A DNA stretch of 31,329 bases. Origin: Bugula neritina. Lineage: Eukaryota; Animalia; Bryozoa. Positions 12,592-25,857 of the stretch are shown here, piece by piece; position 1 is the first letter of the stretch, and the number at the start of each line of letters is the position of its first letter. The stretch spans positions 1 through 31,329 of the forward strand of contig CAXIUT010000274.1 in assembly GCA_964035545.1 (NCBI GenBank). The letters run 5' to 3'. The notes under the pieces were generated by a model. It saw nothing but the letters and a program-made list of their open reading frames with translations, made no database searches and was not told the origin of the DNA. A program made the position numbers and the translations under genes.

Positions 12592-14508
12592 ATGACAGAA
12601 GTCTTTATCTCTGCCCTCTCAACAACCAGGCTAGAACTCAATGACTAAGACCTAGAATTCTATCTAGATTAAAAAAATAAAGAAATCATTGAAGTGCGTG
12701 AATGTCTTGATTTTCTTCATGATTTTAGTGAAATGACCTCAAAATAAAAAATACAAATCGACATGTCTACACTCTGGAAATCACTTAACGTACTAGGCAA
12801 AATACTAGGATACTAATCAGATTTCATAAATATCAATAAACTACATCTACCTTAGCATATCATCATGCAAGATCTCATGTTCAGAAATAACCTTTTCACT
12901 AAAAATACCTATAGAACCAATAGAATAATATAAAGATGGGATGTGGAAAGTGAAACATACTATATTCTTTTATCAGGAATCATCTAAAAATAATTTTTCA
13001 GAAATAGTATTTGCCTTGAAGATAATCGAAAATTACTTTAAACTTCAAGATTGTTCGAAAAACAATAGTTTTCTAAATCAAAAAAAAATAATAAAAAGAA
13101 ATTCATCAGAAATAACCATCAAATACCCATCTGTCTCAACTCCAAAAGAAATTAAACCAGAACCAATGATCTCACCTCAGGAATCTATCGAGCTGTCGTC
13201 AACACTTAAACTTTTTAACTCAATATTCCCTTCTGGAAAAAATATATAGCCTCTTTCCATAAGATATAACGATAGTATTTACTAAATTTTATAAGAAAAA
13301 ATTTAAACATCAGTTTAAAAATATAATAAATAACTGATAAAAAAGATCAAACATAAATATAAAAAGCAAAAGACAAATAACAATTCAATTTCTATACAAT
13401 TTAGACATACTAACGAAAAGTCTAACTATAATTAGACCCAAAATACATCTTTTTACTCTACATGGGCTAAATGCTAATCATATCTCCTCACTACAAAATA
13501 TAGATAAGTAAAAGATGCATACTAAATTCTTCAATTTGCTAGGTATTTAATCAAAAATGTTAGAATCCAACAAATTGTTCAGCAATAACGAAGTCATGTA
13601 GTATATTAATAAAGATATAACTATCTAAATTATTTTTATATTTCTAGAATTATCCATAAGATGGAGACACTTTACAATCTTTATTATAAAATTTATAAAT
13701 AAATAGAAGAAATAAACAAGATACCAAACAATATTATAAATCAAAATATAGCATCAATTTAAGAAAAACATGGAATGATACTAGCAAATAAAAATAATAA
13801 TACAAAAGTCCCTTATCAAAGATGATAAATATAAACAATGGAAATTTTTTACCAAATTGTAATACTTTGAAATCAAAAAAACAAAAAAAATAAGAAAACA
13901 ATCAAAAATATAATAAATTAGTAGGATGTAAATAAATATAGAACATAATAAAGAAATAATAGACAGTTTTAGGACTACTTAATAAATAATCTAAAAAGAA
14001 TAAGAAATAAAGATACTCTTATTAATCATAATCATTTAGCAAAACATATCAAGATAATGATAACATGGCCAAACATTAACTCCTCAAAGATTGCATGAAT
14101 TAAATTAAAACAAAAAGCGACATGATAAAACAAGCTGTCCTAGAATACCGTAAAAAGAAATAACTGGAAACGAGCTATCCCGATATTTCAATAAAAAAAA
14201 GAAAAAAAAATAACTAAAATATATTCAGAGATAATTCCTCAGAAATCATCAAAAGAAAAATCAAATAAATATACTCAAAAACATAATAAAATTAATATGA
14301 TCTGCCATACAACACATAAAGTATATATACGTAAAGCGTTCACTAAAATAAATTAAAAATAAAATGGAATAAAAGATAATCTAACTTAATATCGAAAATG
14401 TCAGCAAGAAGTCGAGATGAAATCAACAGCCATGGAGAGGGAGTTTTACTAGGAAGAGGCATAATGAAAAAAGTAAAGAACAATATTCGAAGAGTGAAAG
14501 ATAAATGA
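12592..14508 (+). CDS. Protein with two degenerate cyclic-nucleotide-binding-like domains, 638 aa
   Basis: Intronless 639-codon frame. TYRTNRIIERWDVESETYYILLSGII...YRAVVNTETFELNI and YIFLLYMGEMLI...CSAITKSCSILIKI follow the cNMP beta-roll pattern, but no intact GE...R cassette is visible. Confidence 0.7.
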
Positions 14509-14552
14509 TCTTCATTATTTTTTAACATTATTAATTATAGAACAATATATTA

Positions 14553-15998
14553 ATGCATAGAAAAATATACAATCACCTCACCTCCAAAGAAATACTCAAT
14601 AAAGAACACCTCAAATAAGTCTAAAACTTCCTCAAAACCCACTACTTCCGATAGTTCGGAAGTCCTCTCGAACTTGATAAAATCATCAACCACCTGCAAA
14701 TACACTAACATCACAATGAACACATCATCTTCAACCAAGGAGAATAAATAACCCGCTACTATTTCTTATTAGTAGGCAAGATCTTTCTCTAAAGAAAAAC
14801 AGCCAAAAGCAACGACGGATCTGAAGTCTCAATAATCGACAAATAAAGCGTAATAGGTGAATATTTTTACGACCGTTCAAACAAAAGAATAACCACAGCA
14901 TTCATAATTCCATAATAAAATTCAACACTTTTACTATCGATAGATAAGACCATATTCTAGCAGCTCTATCATAAACAAATATAGTAATATTCTAGATTAA
15001 AGAAAAAAATAATAGAAGTCAGCACCATTTCAAGATAACTGCTCTAAAACAAAGGAATGTTCAAATATATCGGTTGTAATAGATATCGATTTGGATAGGA
15101 AATATCACCATCATCTTTTGATTAAAATATCTAGCTGATTGTCAGTGGGTAGTGTTTGTTTAGTTGTGCATCTGGAGTTCTTAACCTCATTGATGGAGAT
15201 TATCTCAATTTGTAAAATTATTTTTCTAATAAATAAAATAAAGTTGTCTGGAACTATCGAGTTGTATCGTCATAGATGGTTACATGTGTCATTTCATGGT
15301 AGTTTATTGATAAATTGCCATAGCATTTTAGATAACAACTTGCTTTTATCAATAATTGTCACTAAATAGCACCAAGTTCTTTTACATCAATGAATAGTTC
15401 TCAGTTATAGTTAAATAACTAAAATATAAGATCAAGTATAAAAGGTAAATTTATTTTACCAAAAGTAAAAAAACTATCAGATTTATAACAAAATACTTAT
15501 TCCTATGATTTGATATAAAGTATTAAGAATAGAATAAGTCATAAAGCAAATAAAACAAAATCAATTAATAAATAATAAAATCATGATCAATCTTTATAAA
15601 GATTTAGAAAATAATACTGTTTAGGATTTTCTAAAAAAAATAAATAAATCAGATAAAACAAAATATAAATAAAAGAACCTAAAGGGTATTTCAAAATGCC
15701 ATCAGTTTATAAAAAAAAATAATTTATTTTTGAAAAATAAGCAAAAAAAAAATAATGGACTTAAATAATACTATAAAAATCAAAATAAAAACAAATAATC
15801 AATAGTAAATAATCAATAAAGAAGAAAAAGAAAAATAAATAGAATATCCATTTCCATAAAAAATAAAAAAGATTAATATAAATATTCGATAAATATCATA
15901 TGAAATAATCAACTAGAAATCTAATTAAAACAAATAAACTAAAATAATTCTTCAATAACTCCAATTCTAAACTAATAGTATTTCCAACCAACAAATGA
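14553..15998 (+). CDS. Cyclic-nucleotide-binding domain protein, 481 aa
   Basis: HIIFNQGEEITRYYFLLVGKI...SVIGEYFYDRSNKRITTAFI...LLSIDKTIFEQL; a second degenerate copy (ELIVSGEC...LIDGDYLNLE...NYRVVS) and a basic tail follow. Confidence 0.85.
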
Positions 15999-16021
15999 TC
16001 TTCATAATTTTAACATAAATA

Positions 16022-16567
16022 TCAACCAAATATAGAAGTCAATATACTCCTATCTTTATTCTAGTTTATCTTGCCCTTTATCCTCCGAGCGATTGATAAC
16101 CTCGATTAGTTCTACTGATAAAATGGTGACTCAATATCACAAAATTAATCATAAAGTAAACTCTAAGCTATACAGTAGGCAGTAGTCAGACAACTAAAAG
16201 CCAAAAAAGAACGAATGTAAAATTTAAAAGGAAGTTTTTTTATTACATTCGATCTGTCACCTTTCTTGACATACTCGCCATACGTCCAAGCCATTATTGC
16301 AGAAGCAGGCAACCAAAAATTTATTTTTCTTTTGATTGATTTCTTACATAAAGGTATCTCACACCACTTAAACCCAAATATCGCATTCTCATAATTCTAT
16401 CTTATCTTTTTGGGACTCAACATTATCTATCCCCTTGTATTAAAATTTTACTAAGGCAAAGCTCTACTTTACTTTTTCTTCTCCTTGAAGTCCTATTCCT
16501 TGATATTGAAGGCTCTAAAATATCCATCTATTTTCTAGATCTTTTCCTTTATTTCATTATTACTCAT
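16022..16567 (-). CDS. Hypothetical protein with two hydrophobic segments, 181 aa
   Basis: ATG 16567 to TGA 16022, 182 codons, filling the gap between its neighbours; hydrophobic stretches FWLPASAIMAWTY and FYIRSFLAFSCLTTAYCIA. Confidence 0.75.
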
Positions 16568-16596
16568 GATTAATTATAATTATGATAACTATACAA

Positions 16597-19500
16597 TCAA
16601 ATAGGTATTTGCGTAAAATACTTATTTATATTTTTAAGCATTCTCGCTTTATAGACAGGCGCCTCAACCACAGTAGCTGCAGGTCCTTTCCACATATTCT
16701 ACACCCACTATCCAGTCCCATACTCACGCATATAATCCACCACTCCGATCTGAAAACGGTTCCCATCAAGATAGTACTCTTCAGAATTTTAAATCTCTAT
16801 CACCAAAATCAATGAATAATCAATGACGTTATTTTAACAAAGATAATCAACTGTTGCAGATAGATCTTTGATAACATTGTCTTTGCAAAATATTGGTTCA
16901 CTAAAACGATCTATCAAAAAGTTGATATCAAGAGGTATTACTGGAGGCTTTGAAAATCTACGAGTCACTGAGCCCTTGAAATCAAATAAATACCAATCCT
17001 TCATCCCGAAAAATAAGTTTTACATCACGAAGTAATAATCTGTAGTCATGCCTCTCTCTACGATAAAAGCACCATAAATAGGAGTCAACACACTACCTTC
17101 ATGCAAATGAGTAAAATATTTAGGCAAAAACTTTCTAAAAGTCATAAACTCTCCTTTTTGGACCTTTTTGATAACCAAAAGATCATTATATGATCTCATA
17201 AACGATGAACCTGACTTTCCACCTGTAGCCATCCAAGCATCAGCACCAGCAATAGAACTAATAAACAACTCTATCGGAATATTATTCTTTCTTCTCAAGA
17301 CCTAAAACTCATTAGGAAATAACAAAGTAATACTCAAACTTAAACTAGAAGCTTATTTTTTTATTTTGTTCTGTACATCAAATTTTTTTTATTGAAATTA
17401 AAGCAAAGCGATCAACTTCTTAAAATCTTATGTGTCCATCAATAACTGCTCAGCTTATAGATATTTTGTTATTTTCACAGTTAATTCATTGTGAAATTTA
17501 AAATCTTATAAACAGTCTTTATGTTCTTTGCTGTTCAATGCAGCCACAATCAAACTTTGAGGCTTTGTTACAAAACAGGGAATAAACTAAAAATAACCTT
17601 GGTTAAATTTTAATGCAGATGAGATATACTTAAAAGTTTTATGAACCTCTTCTTCAGCTATTTTAGATGATTTTCTAGCCAAAATGTTTGATTCTGTTTT
17701 CCTATCATTTCTAGAAATAACCTGTTCTTCTTTACTAGCATAAGGCTGAAGCCATCCATAATCAATTACATCAGGATTAGTCGATTCAGCTGTCTGATAA
17801 TTGGAATATAACTCACTTTTAGATATCTAACTTGTTGAAAGGTCACTTTAGCATGACATGCTATTAGTTTCACTTATATATTCATTGATATCCAGATCTT
17901 CAAGCAAAAGATCATTATCGAAATCTTTAGCCATGTATTTCTGGTCAAGTTCTCTCTTTTTAACTGATTTTTTCACCTCATTGATAATTACATAACATCT
18001 TCGTAGTAAACTCATAAAGACAAACGATATTTTCAAAGCTTCAAGAAAAGAACCAATTCTTTTATTATTCAACATCAACTGAGCAATATTGTTCACCTTT
18101 GATACCTCTTACACCAACTCAGGTATGATAATATCAATGCATTGAGCTTGAGATAATCTAACATCAGGACTGCCCACAATCGAATGCCGAGCTTTAATGA
18201 AACTTGATTTAGGGTTTTTAATAATCGAATCAAATTTTGAATTTTTGGATAGTTCTGCAATAGTCTTTATTTATTCAAAAAGATAGTCCATCAACCTATC
18301 GATTTTACTCGCCTATAAAAGACTAGATCCAATTATCGCCCTTTGTTCCTTATTTTTCAAAAACATCTACCTTCCAGTTGCAGTCAACACACATTGTCTA
18401 TTCAAAGTATACTTTCCCACATAAAATTTAACAGATTTATCTCCAAGTTCAAATACTCTCACCTTTTTCGAGTGCTGACATATTATACTTTTATTTTTAA
18501 TTGATGTCTTCTTGCCATTGTTCTATCTGATGATCGTTTCTGTTGATCCTTTGAACATATTTTGAAGAAAGTTCAAAGTACTAAACTATAAATCTTACTT
18601 ATAGACATTTTGTCTTGTAGAAATAGGTTATTGACAATCCAAACACTCAATCAAACACTTTAATTTGTCTCTAGAAGGATATTTTTAAAGATAAGAAAAT
18701 ATCATTTCCATTTATTAATTTTTAACTGATTCATCTATCGAAGTAAAAGAAGAATAACAACTACTTTCGCATTATCCTTCATCAACTATCATCGACTAAG
18801 CCCAAACTCTTACATACTGGTCAGTTGAATAGTAAACATCCGAATGAAGATAGTTAGGACGACAACAAATTGAACACTTCTTATCCAATCCAGTCAACTT
18901 TTTGAGAAGATAACTACCTAAAGGAGCATCTTCTTCAGAATAAAACATTTGATGATAATCACATGATTATGAACATATTTAAGTGAAGTTAGGCCATTTA
19001 TTTTTAAACGATTTGGTTCTTCCTTTGATATATTCTTCAAGAGCACCTTTATTAACTTCAGGATAGTTCGTAAAATCGCTTTATACATAGGTTATTTGTT
19101 TATAAGTCACATATTTTTATTTAATGTAACTCAAAATATCATGATGAAATTATGCATAAAAACTAGAAAACATCTATGGATTGTTCAAATAACAATCTTT
19201 CCTCATCTGCTATGACATAGAATTTAGAATATTTTGGTCCATCTTTACCTTATAAACCTTCAACTTCATATGAGTCAGTGTCTGCAAAATAAACCTAAAC
19301 TACTTCTTAAGATTCTAAAGTAACTTCTGACTAGTATGTTTAATAATAAGAGTCAAACCTAACTCATCTTTCATAGTATGCACTTTGAAAAACTTTTTAA
19401 TTGCATTTCCTTACTTAGCTGAAGTATAAGTAGTTGAAGTGATCTTTTTGATAAAACCTGTTATCTGTTTTTAAGGATATGAGTATACTTTGCCTATGTT

Positions 19501-20531
19501 ATCAACTATTTTTTATATTTTAAGAGAAACTTTCAACCTAGAAAGATATTATACCTTTACCTTAGGAATAACCGTTATTGAATTTTATATCAACATATCT
19601 TAGAATTCTTTTTCAATTATTCCTTACAAAAATATCATGTCTATCTTAACTCGTTGACAGTATACTAAGATTTTATTCATTTCTTTTAATCTATAGTTAA
19701 TCATATTTTAAAATGAGACTTATTTATCTCCTCCAACCAAATCTTCAGACTAAATATTACCAAAAACTAAAATACAAGTCATTTTCTAGTATTCTTATCT
19801 TATTTTTTTAGATGTAAATGCTTTCTTGATAAGAACAATTGGTTACAAAGAAAGTGAAAAGTCTTAACCCCAAAACCCTTTGATTCTAATATTTTGACAA
19901 ATGTTCATGTTTCCAGTTATAACAAAATTAGGTGGCATTCTACTCACTATTTACTGAGCTTTTTCGTTTATTTCAGGTAAATATTTCAAAGGTATCTTAG
20001 CTTGTTTCAAAATAACTTGCAAAAGTACAATAAATCTAACATTAATCTCTTCTTATAACTTCTTTATTCCATTAATCTCATTTCCAGTATACTCCTCAAT
20101 AATACTTTGAATCTCTTTGAGTCTATCCTCTTCAGAAAACGAAGAGCTTTTACTCTCTTGTTGTATTTCTTAAATATTAGAAGGCAAATCATCAGTATAT
20201 TAATGCTATCCTGATTTTCTGTACTATATGTATTCATCATTATGTTTGGCAATATACTTCCAACATTTTTGAATACAAGCCTCACACATTCTAATTGACT
20301 TCTCAGGCATCCCTAGATCTTTACCAGATAGATTAAAATCAGAACAACTTGATATGATATCATATACCTCGCACAAAAGATTTGACCACAGTATCGACAG
20401 TGATGTTTTCGTCTGTAAAGAGTATGGAATTTTTTATCACATTTAAAACAACTTGTTACAGCCTCGTCTTTAACCCATTTCTCTTTTGTACAAAATGATG
20501 CCTTTATTATTTTTTGAACCTATTAGTTCAT
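16597..20531 (-). CDS. FAB1: 1-phosphatidylinositol-3-phosphate 5-kinase (PIKfyve/Fab1), ~1304 aa
   Basis: N-terminal FYVE domain (WVKD...CFKCDKKF...[17 protein letters not shown]), CCT-like and Cys-rich middle, kinase motifs [25 protein letters not shown] and IGVVDYMR. 20-nt intron at 20348-20367. Confidence 0.96.
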
Positions 20532-20652
20532 CTTCAACAATGTTTATAAAATTGACACACTTTAATCTCCGAACTTAGAATAATATCAACATAAATAATC
20601 ATCTTAGTGATTTAATCTATCATATAGAATATTATCATCTATTATATTTTCG

Positions 20653-23264
20653 ATGAACCCCTTCAGACATTCGCATTGTTTCAGCAAATGCCAACTAGAA
20701 CTCATCATTGACACCTACCTCAGCCAAGGACCCTACTACAACATCCTCCTCAAAGCCCTACAACTCAACATGCAAAAATATTAACAACTTTCTGATCCTC
20801 ATCGCAATGATAAACCTCACCCCATCCGCATCTACGCCAGAGACCATCAATGCAACAAAAATATAGTTGATTAAGATATCTAAATGTTAAATTCTTAAAC
20901 AAAAAAAGATACAAAAACTACCCATTCATCATCCAGTCTTAAATATTACTATCTCTATCCTCTAGAATATGTGATATAAATATTAGAAAGCGCACAGTTC
21001 TACAGTCTCCTACCCAGAGATATCATTATTAATCAAGTACTGACAGGCACTAACTTACAAATCATCATAGAAACATTAACTATCGTCAGTGAAGATATGT
21101 GCAAAAAGATAAGAATGACAATTGCAGGAAAAGAACTAGTCAACCCTTCAACTCATCAAGATAAAATCATTTAAGAGGCAAAAGAAATTAAATATCAATA
21201 ACCTCGTTTCAGTAAATAAATCAACTAGAAAAGTTTTGTAGATATCGAAGTTGATTAAGATGAAGATTAAGATTAAGATGAAGAAAGTAGAATAGATATT
21301 GAGCAATCAAGTAGGTTTATAAAAAAGTAAATATCAGGAACAAATAGATATATTAATATTGATAGGTAAATAGATTAAAAATCATGTAGGTTTTGTCAAG
21401 GATATCTCATCTATTTATATTAAACCATCGGATAAAACCCTCTAGACTAAGATATTAATCGTTTATCACCATAAACTATGAGATGTTTAGGTCTAATATC
21501 AAAAGCTGTAGCCTATTTTACCCTATATCTAACATAAACTAACAAAACACATGTCCCCAACGATATCAATATCATCAATAGAGTTCTCAATTCGCTAGGT
21601 TTAGTTATTACTGAATAGATATTCGCATCAGAACTAAATCCTAAAGTTATCCGGCCTCCAAAAGTTTCACTTAAAAAGCCTTCTAACTTGATATAGTAAT
21701 TATAGCCTTATTTCAAAAGTATAGAAAAGAAGAAGAATAATAGTTAATATTATGAGATATCTTAATTATTAAGAATGATCATTTATTCTCCAACATGCTA
21801 AGAAGTGAAATAGCAGTTAAGAATAAGTAGAATATAAACTTTTTAGAAATAAACTATCAGTAAAAATTATGATCATTAAGAAAAAGCACAACAACTTTTG
21901 AAAAAATAATTAAAAGATATGAAATAATACTAAAAATAAAGACTTATCATAGCTTCAAATACAGTAAATAATAAACAAATCTATCGACAACTAGGATTTC
22001 CAGAATAAGTAATTCCCAATCAACAACAAACTAAACCTAATAACTACAATGCTATGAATTCATCTAAACTCAATAATTCTTCTAAATTGTATGAAAGAAA
22101 TCAAAGTAATTATCAACGTTTAAGTCCTAGAAACAATAAAAAATAGAATAACTTTTTAGCTATGGAAATGTCTAATTCTTTTATGAAAAATTCAATTGAT
22201 GAAAAAAAAATGAAGAAAAAAGGTAATAAAAATAAAAATACTAATTAAAGAAAAAATACATCAAAAAAATAAGATAATATTTTCTCATAATTTCAAAATT
22301 CAGGTTTATTTGCAGTAAGCAATGCCATAAAAAACAATCTTATCAAAAGAGCATAAAGCCAAAACACACTAACTACTTCAGTTGACATCACTTAAAATCC
22401 ACAAAAATACTATTCCGATCAAATAGATGAATAAAATTAGTTACCTGATCATCAATTTAGAAAAATCCTTTACAATTCTTATTCAAAGAAGTATAACATG
22501 AATTCAAAAGCTGATAATAATTTTGCTGGAACTTCAAATAACGTCAATCCTCAAGCAATTCTATCTTCAAGTATGAAGCTACAAACTAAGAAAAGCAATG
22601 GATATACTAATAGTTCTTTATCTCATTTTATTGGCAGAAAACAAGAACAAGAACAAATGGATTGCATCTAAAGAAAATAAAAATAATTATTCAATAAACA
22701 ACTTCTCAATGGCTAGTTCATCAAAAGTATAACATATTATATTTAGATGAAGTATATCAAGAAATAAATAAAGGAGCAGCATAGATATTTACAGATTATA
22801 CCAGTACTATGAGTCTAATGGACAGTTTAAGACTATTCAAAAGCGGAGGTATGATTTTGATTAATATAGGACCAATATATACATAATATAACACTAAAAC
22901 ACAATTATCTACTCCTAATTCAATAAAACCAAAATAAAAAATAATATACTAAAATAGTAAAAAGTATAATCATACTGGTATAATCAGAAATTAAAAATAC
23001 AACAAATCCATTAAAACTGAACTCATCAATCACAGACAATAGTTTTTACAAATCTACTAAAAATAAAATTAGAGCAAATCAAGATTACTAAGAGGACATA
23101 AAAAAGATAAAAGCAGCTAAAATAAACCTAATAATAAAAATTATAAATAACTATATTAAATATAACTACAAAAAGCCATCAACAATAGAAAAAGTTTATA
23201 AATGGAATAAAATTAATCAACATAATGGAGTCAAAATGATTTCTATTAAAGTTTATGTCAGTGA
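20653..23264 (+). CDS. Hypothetical protein, ~856-863 aa
   Basis: About 690 codons are open before the first intron (22727-22746, 20 nt); candidate 21-nt intron at 22849-22869. Contains an acidic DEDEDEDEDEE tract and a CxxC. No family recognised. Confidence 0.75.
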
Positions 23265-23335
23265 TAATATTAATATCATAGCTTATTAACATATCATATT
23301 GTATTTGTTATTTATATTAAATTAACTTGATATCT

Positions 23336-24043
23336 ATGTTTGAAGGACTACTTTCCAGCAGTATCAAAAATATCAGAGAACTCGATGAGATTAACAAACA
23401 CGATCGATTCTATCTTCGCTACTATCTCACAGTCAAAAGAGCACGAGCCCTAAATTAAAAAATATATGGAGACAAAAAAGATAAATCAGGATAATAACTA
23501 AAAACAGCACATCCTCTCAGAATCGCTTGCCTTACAGAATAAATAAAAAATCAAAAAATATCAGATTACCACATGACCTGGCTACTAGGGCTGCTTCATG
23601 ACTCGAAATAAGATAATTTACTCACCTACACAGAACAAATCGATGAAGTTCTTATGGATTTAAGACCAGAATAAAAATAAAAGTTGATGAATTATATCGA
23701 TCAACTCACTTCAGAATAATGGAAGTCAAAAGGATAAAAGAAAGCTGATCAAATACAAAAGATGGAAATATTGGAATTGATTCCCAGTTGGATTAGAGTT
23801 TTTGATAAGTATGATAATTGTCGTCGTTTTAGAAAGAATCCAGTAGGAAATTCTAAAAAGAAAATCGATGGATATTTATCAGTTGCCTATCTTTGCTACA
23901 AAAGAGCATGTTAACGATATGAGTAAATATAGAAGAATTTACAACATTATATTCATTAGTTTTATCATGATATTTTGAAAGATATCGGAGGATTACCTAA
24001 AATCAAGGCTACAGCCTAGGCTTACATTGAATAGAATAAGTGA
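23336..24043 (+). CDS. MESH1/HDDC3-like stand-alone RelA/SpoT-type HD hydrolase, 235 aa
   Basis: YGDKKDKSGEELKTAHPLRIA...LGLLHDSKEDN...QLTSEEWKSKGEKKADQ...IRVFDKYDNCRR parallels the HP, LHDxxED, LT and DKxxN motifs of RSH hydrolase domains. Confidence 0.85.
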
Positions 24044-24115
24044 TTGTAGTTAGTCGTATTATTATAAAAAAATAATGATATTAAAAATAATTATTTACTA
24101 TTATAAATTATTTAA

Positions 24116-25270
24116 TCATGAAACTTTGAACACTTCATATTCTTTAACTAAAAAACTGCTATTATTTGAGCCTGTGAATAATTAATAGCAATCTTATTTT
24201 TAAAATTTATAATTACGATAGAATAAAAAGATATTACCTGAAGGTTATTGATGGCATTTATCAGCAATAAATAAATCTCCATGACCAAAGGAAGGACCAT
24301 ACCTTGACGAATTATATATAATACAATTTGATTGAATACATGGTATTTTTTATTTCATATCTAATTGCAAAGTAAATGCCTTTTTCGCTTAATCACAAAC
24401 CATATTGTCTTTTTTAGCTTCGTTCCAAGCATACTATGTAAATCCACCGATAGTTTTTCCTTTCTGAGTTCTTATTAGTGTAAGAGTATTAGTAAAATGT
24501 CCACATTTTTCATGGAAAGCTTGAGCTTTAAATCCATTTTAAGATGCTCTAAAAAGCAATTATATTTTATTTGGATAATTAAGAGTTTTTAACAAAAAAT
24601 CTACCTTTTATTCATTTAAAGATTTTAGAATAGTTGAATCTATTTATAATTTTTTATTTTTATTAGAAAAAGGCTTATTTATTTTTTAAATATTATGTTC
24701 TTTTTAAATCTATGCAAAAAATTCAAATAATCTCTTTTTTAAGAATAGCATTTTATCAAATAAAGCTTATAAATCTTTTTAATAATTTTATAACAACTTC
24801 GATGCATTTTATTTTGCTTTTTAGTTATACTTTTGTAAAGAAGTATAAAGTTAATTAACCTATTTTCCTCTAATATATTCTTTATTCTCTTTTTTATAAA
24901 CTTCTTGAATAAATTGTTACTATTCTCTCCCGAAGGCATATTTTCTGATGAATAATTGTCCTTTTTCTTAGAACTATTTCATCATATGATTTTCCATCTG
25001 AGATGCACTAAGAACAAATTATTTTAAATGATCAACCTTCTGATTAAAATGTTGAGTTAGAGATTTGAATTTTTTAGATGAACAGTCTACATGAACCTCA
25101 CAATATTTACAATCATCCTCATCACACATCAAAGATGGACTTTTACATGATATATTGGCACATATCCTGGAGATTTTGTTGCTTCCAGAACAGTAGAGGT
25201 CGCAGTACCCTACTTTGTATTGGCTAAGAAAGGCCTCAACCTAGGCATCTGTATGACATTATGTCCTCAT
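24116..25270 (-). CDS. TLDc-domain protein with N-terminal Cys/His-rich (B-box-like) region and coiled coil, 384 aa
   Basis: LLFRASENGFKAQAFHEKCG...TLTLIRTQKGKTIGGFT...YGPSFGHGDLFIAD...FLVKEYEVFKV; N-terminal CDLYC...ICANISC...LMCDEDDCKYCEVHVDC. Confidence 0.93.
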
Positions 25271-25708
25271 TGTAATTTTATATCACAAAAAGTATCAAGT
25301 ATAAATAAATTATCATTTATAAGAGGAAGAAAAAAAAACAAAATGAGATAGATGCTTATTTCTTCATCCAAAAACATTATTAATCAGAATATATCATTTA
25401 TTTATTGTTTAAAATAACTATTCTAACAATATCATCTCAAGTAATAATGGACGATGGAATTCATTTAAAAAGATAATATTTGATTAGATAGTTCAATTGA
25501 TATTAAATAATTGATTTATTTGTCAATATTTGTATAATTTATAAAATAAAAGATCATCAAGGTCATCAAATCATCAATTAGATTTTAATTCAAACAAATC
25601 CTTTGACAATAGTTATCTTAAATAACTTGATTTGGTTTAAAAATGTTGTCTTTAGTTTGGATATCCTTTGTTTTTTTTCTTTGACTTCTTTGAGTTTTTT
25701 GTGAGTGA

Positions 25709-25857
25709 TATAAAAGAAATGAGTAGCTTATAAAAGAAATGTCTAATCAGAAACGATCAGAACATCAGTTGAAGTGTAATTCTTTGTTGTAATCATTTGA
25801 ACTTTAACAAAAATGGACTGAACAATGACTAACGATGGAACACACATACGACTTTGA
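25709..25857 (+). promoter_or_regulatory. Cluster of four upstream ORFs with a duplicated TATAAAAGAAATG element before the 25835 gene
   Basis: TATAAAAGAAATG at 25709-25721 and 25729-25741; uORFs at 25719-25772, 25739-25828, 25813-25821 and 25825-25857. Whether they are transcribed is unknown. Confidence 0.4.
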
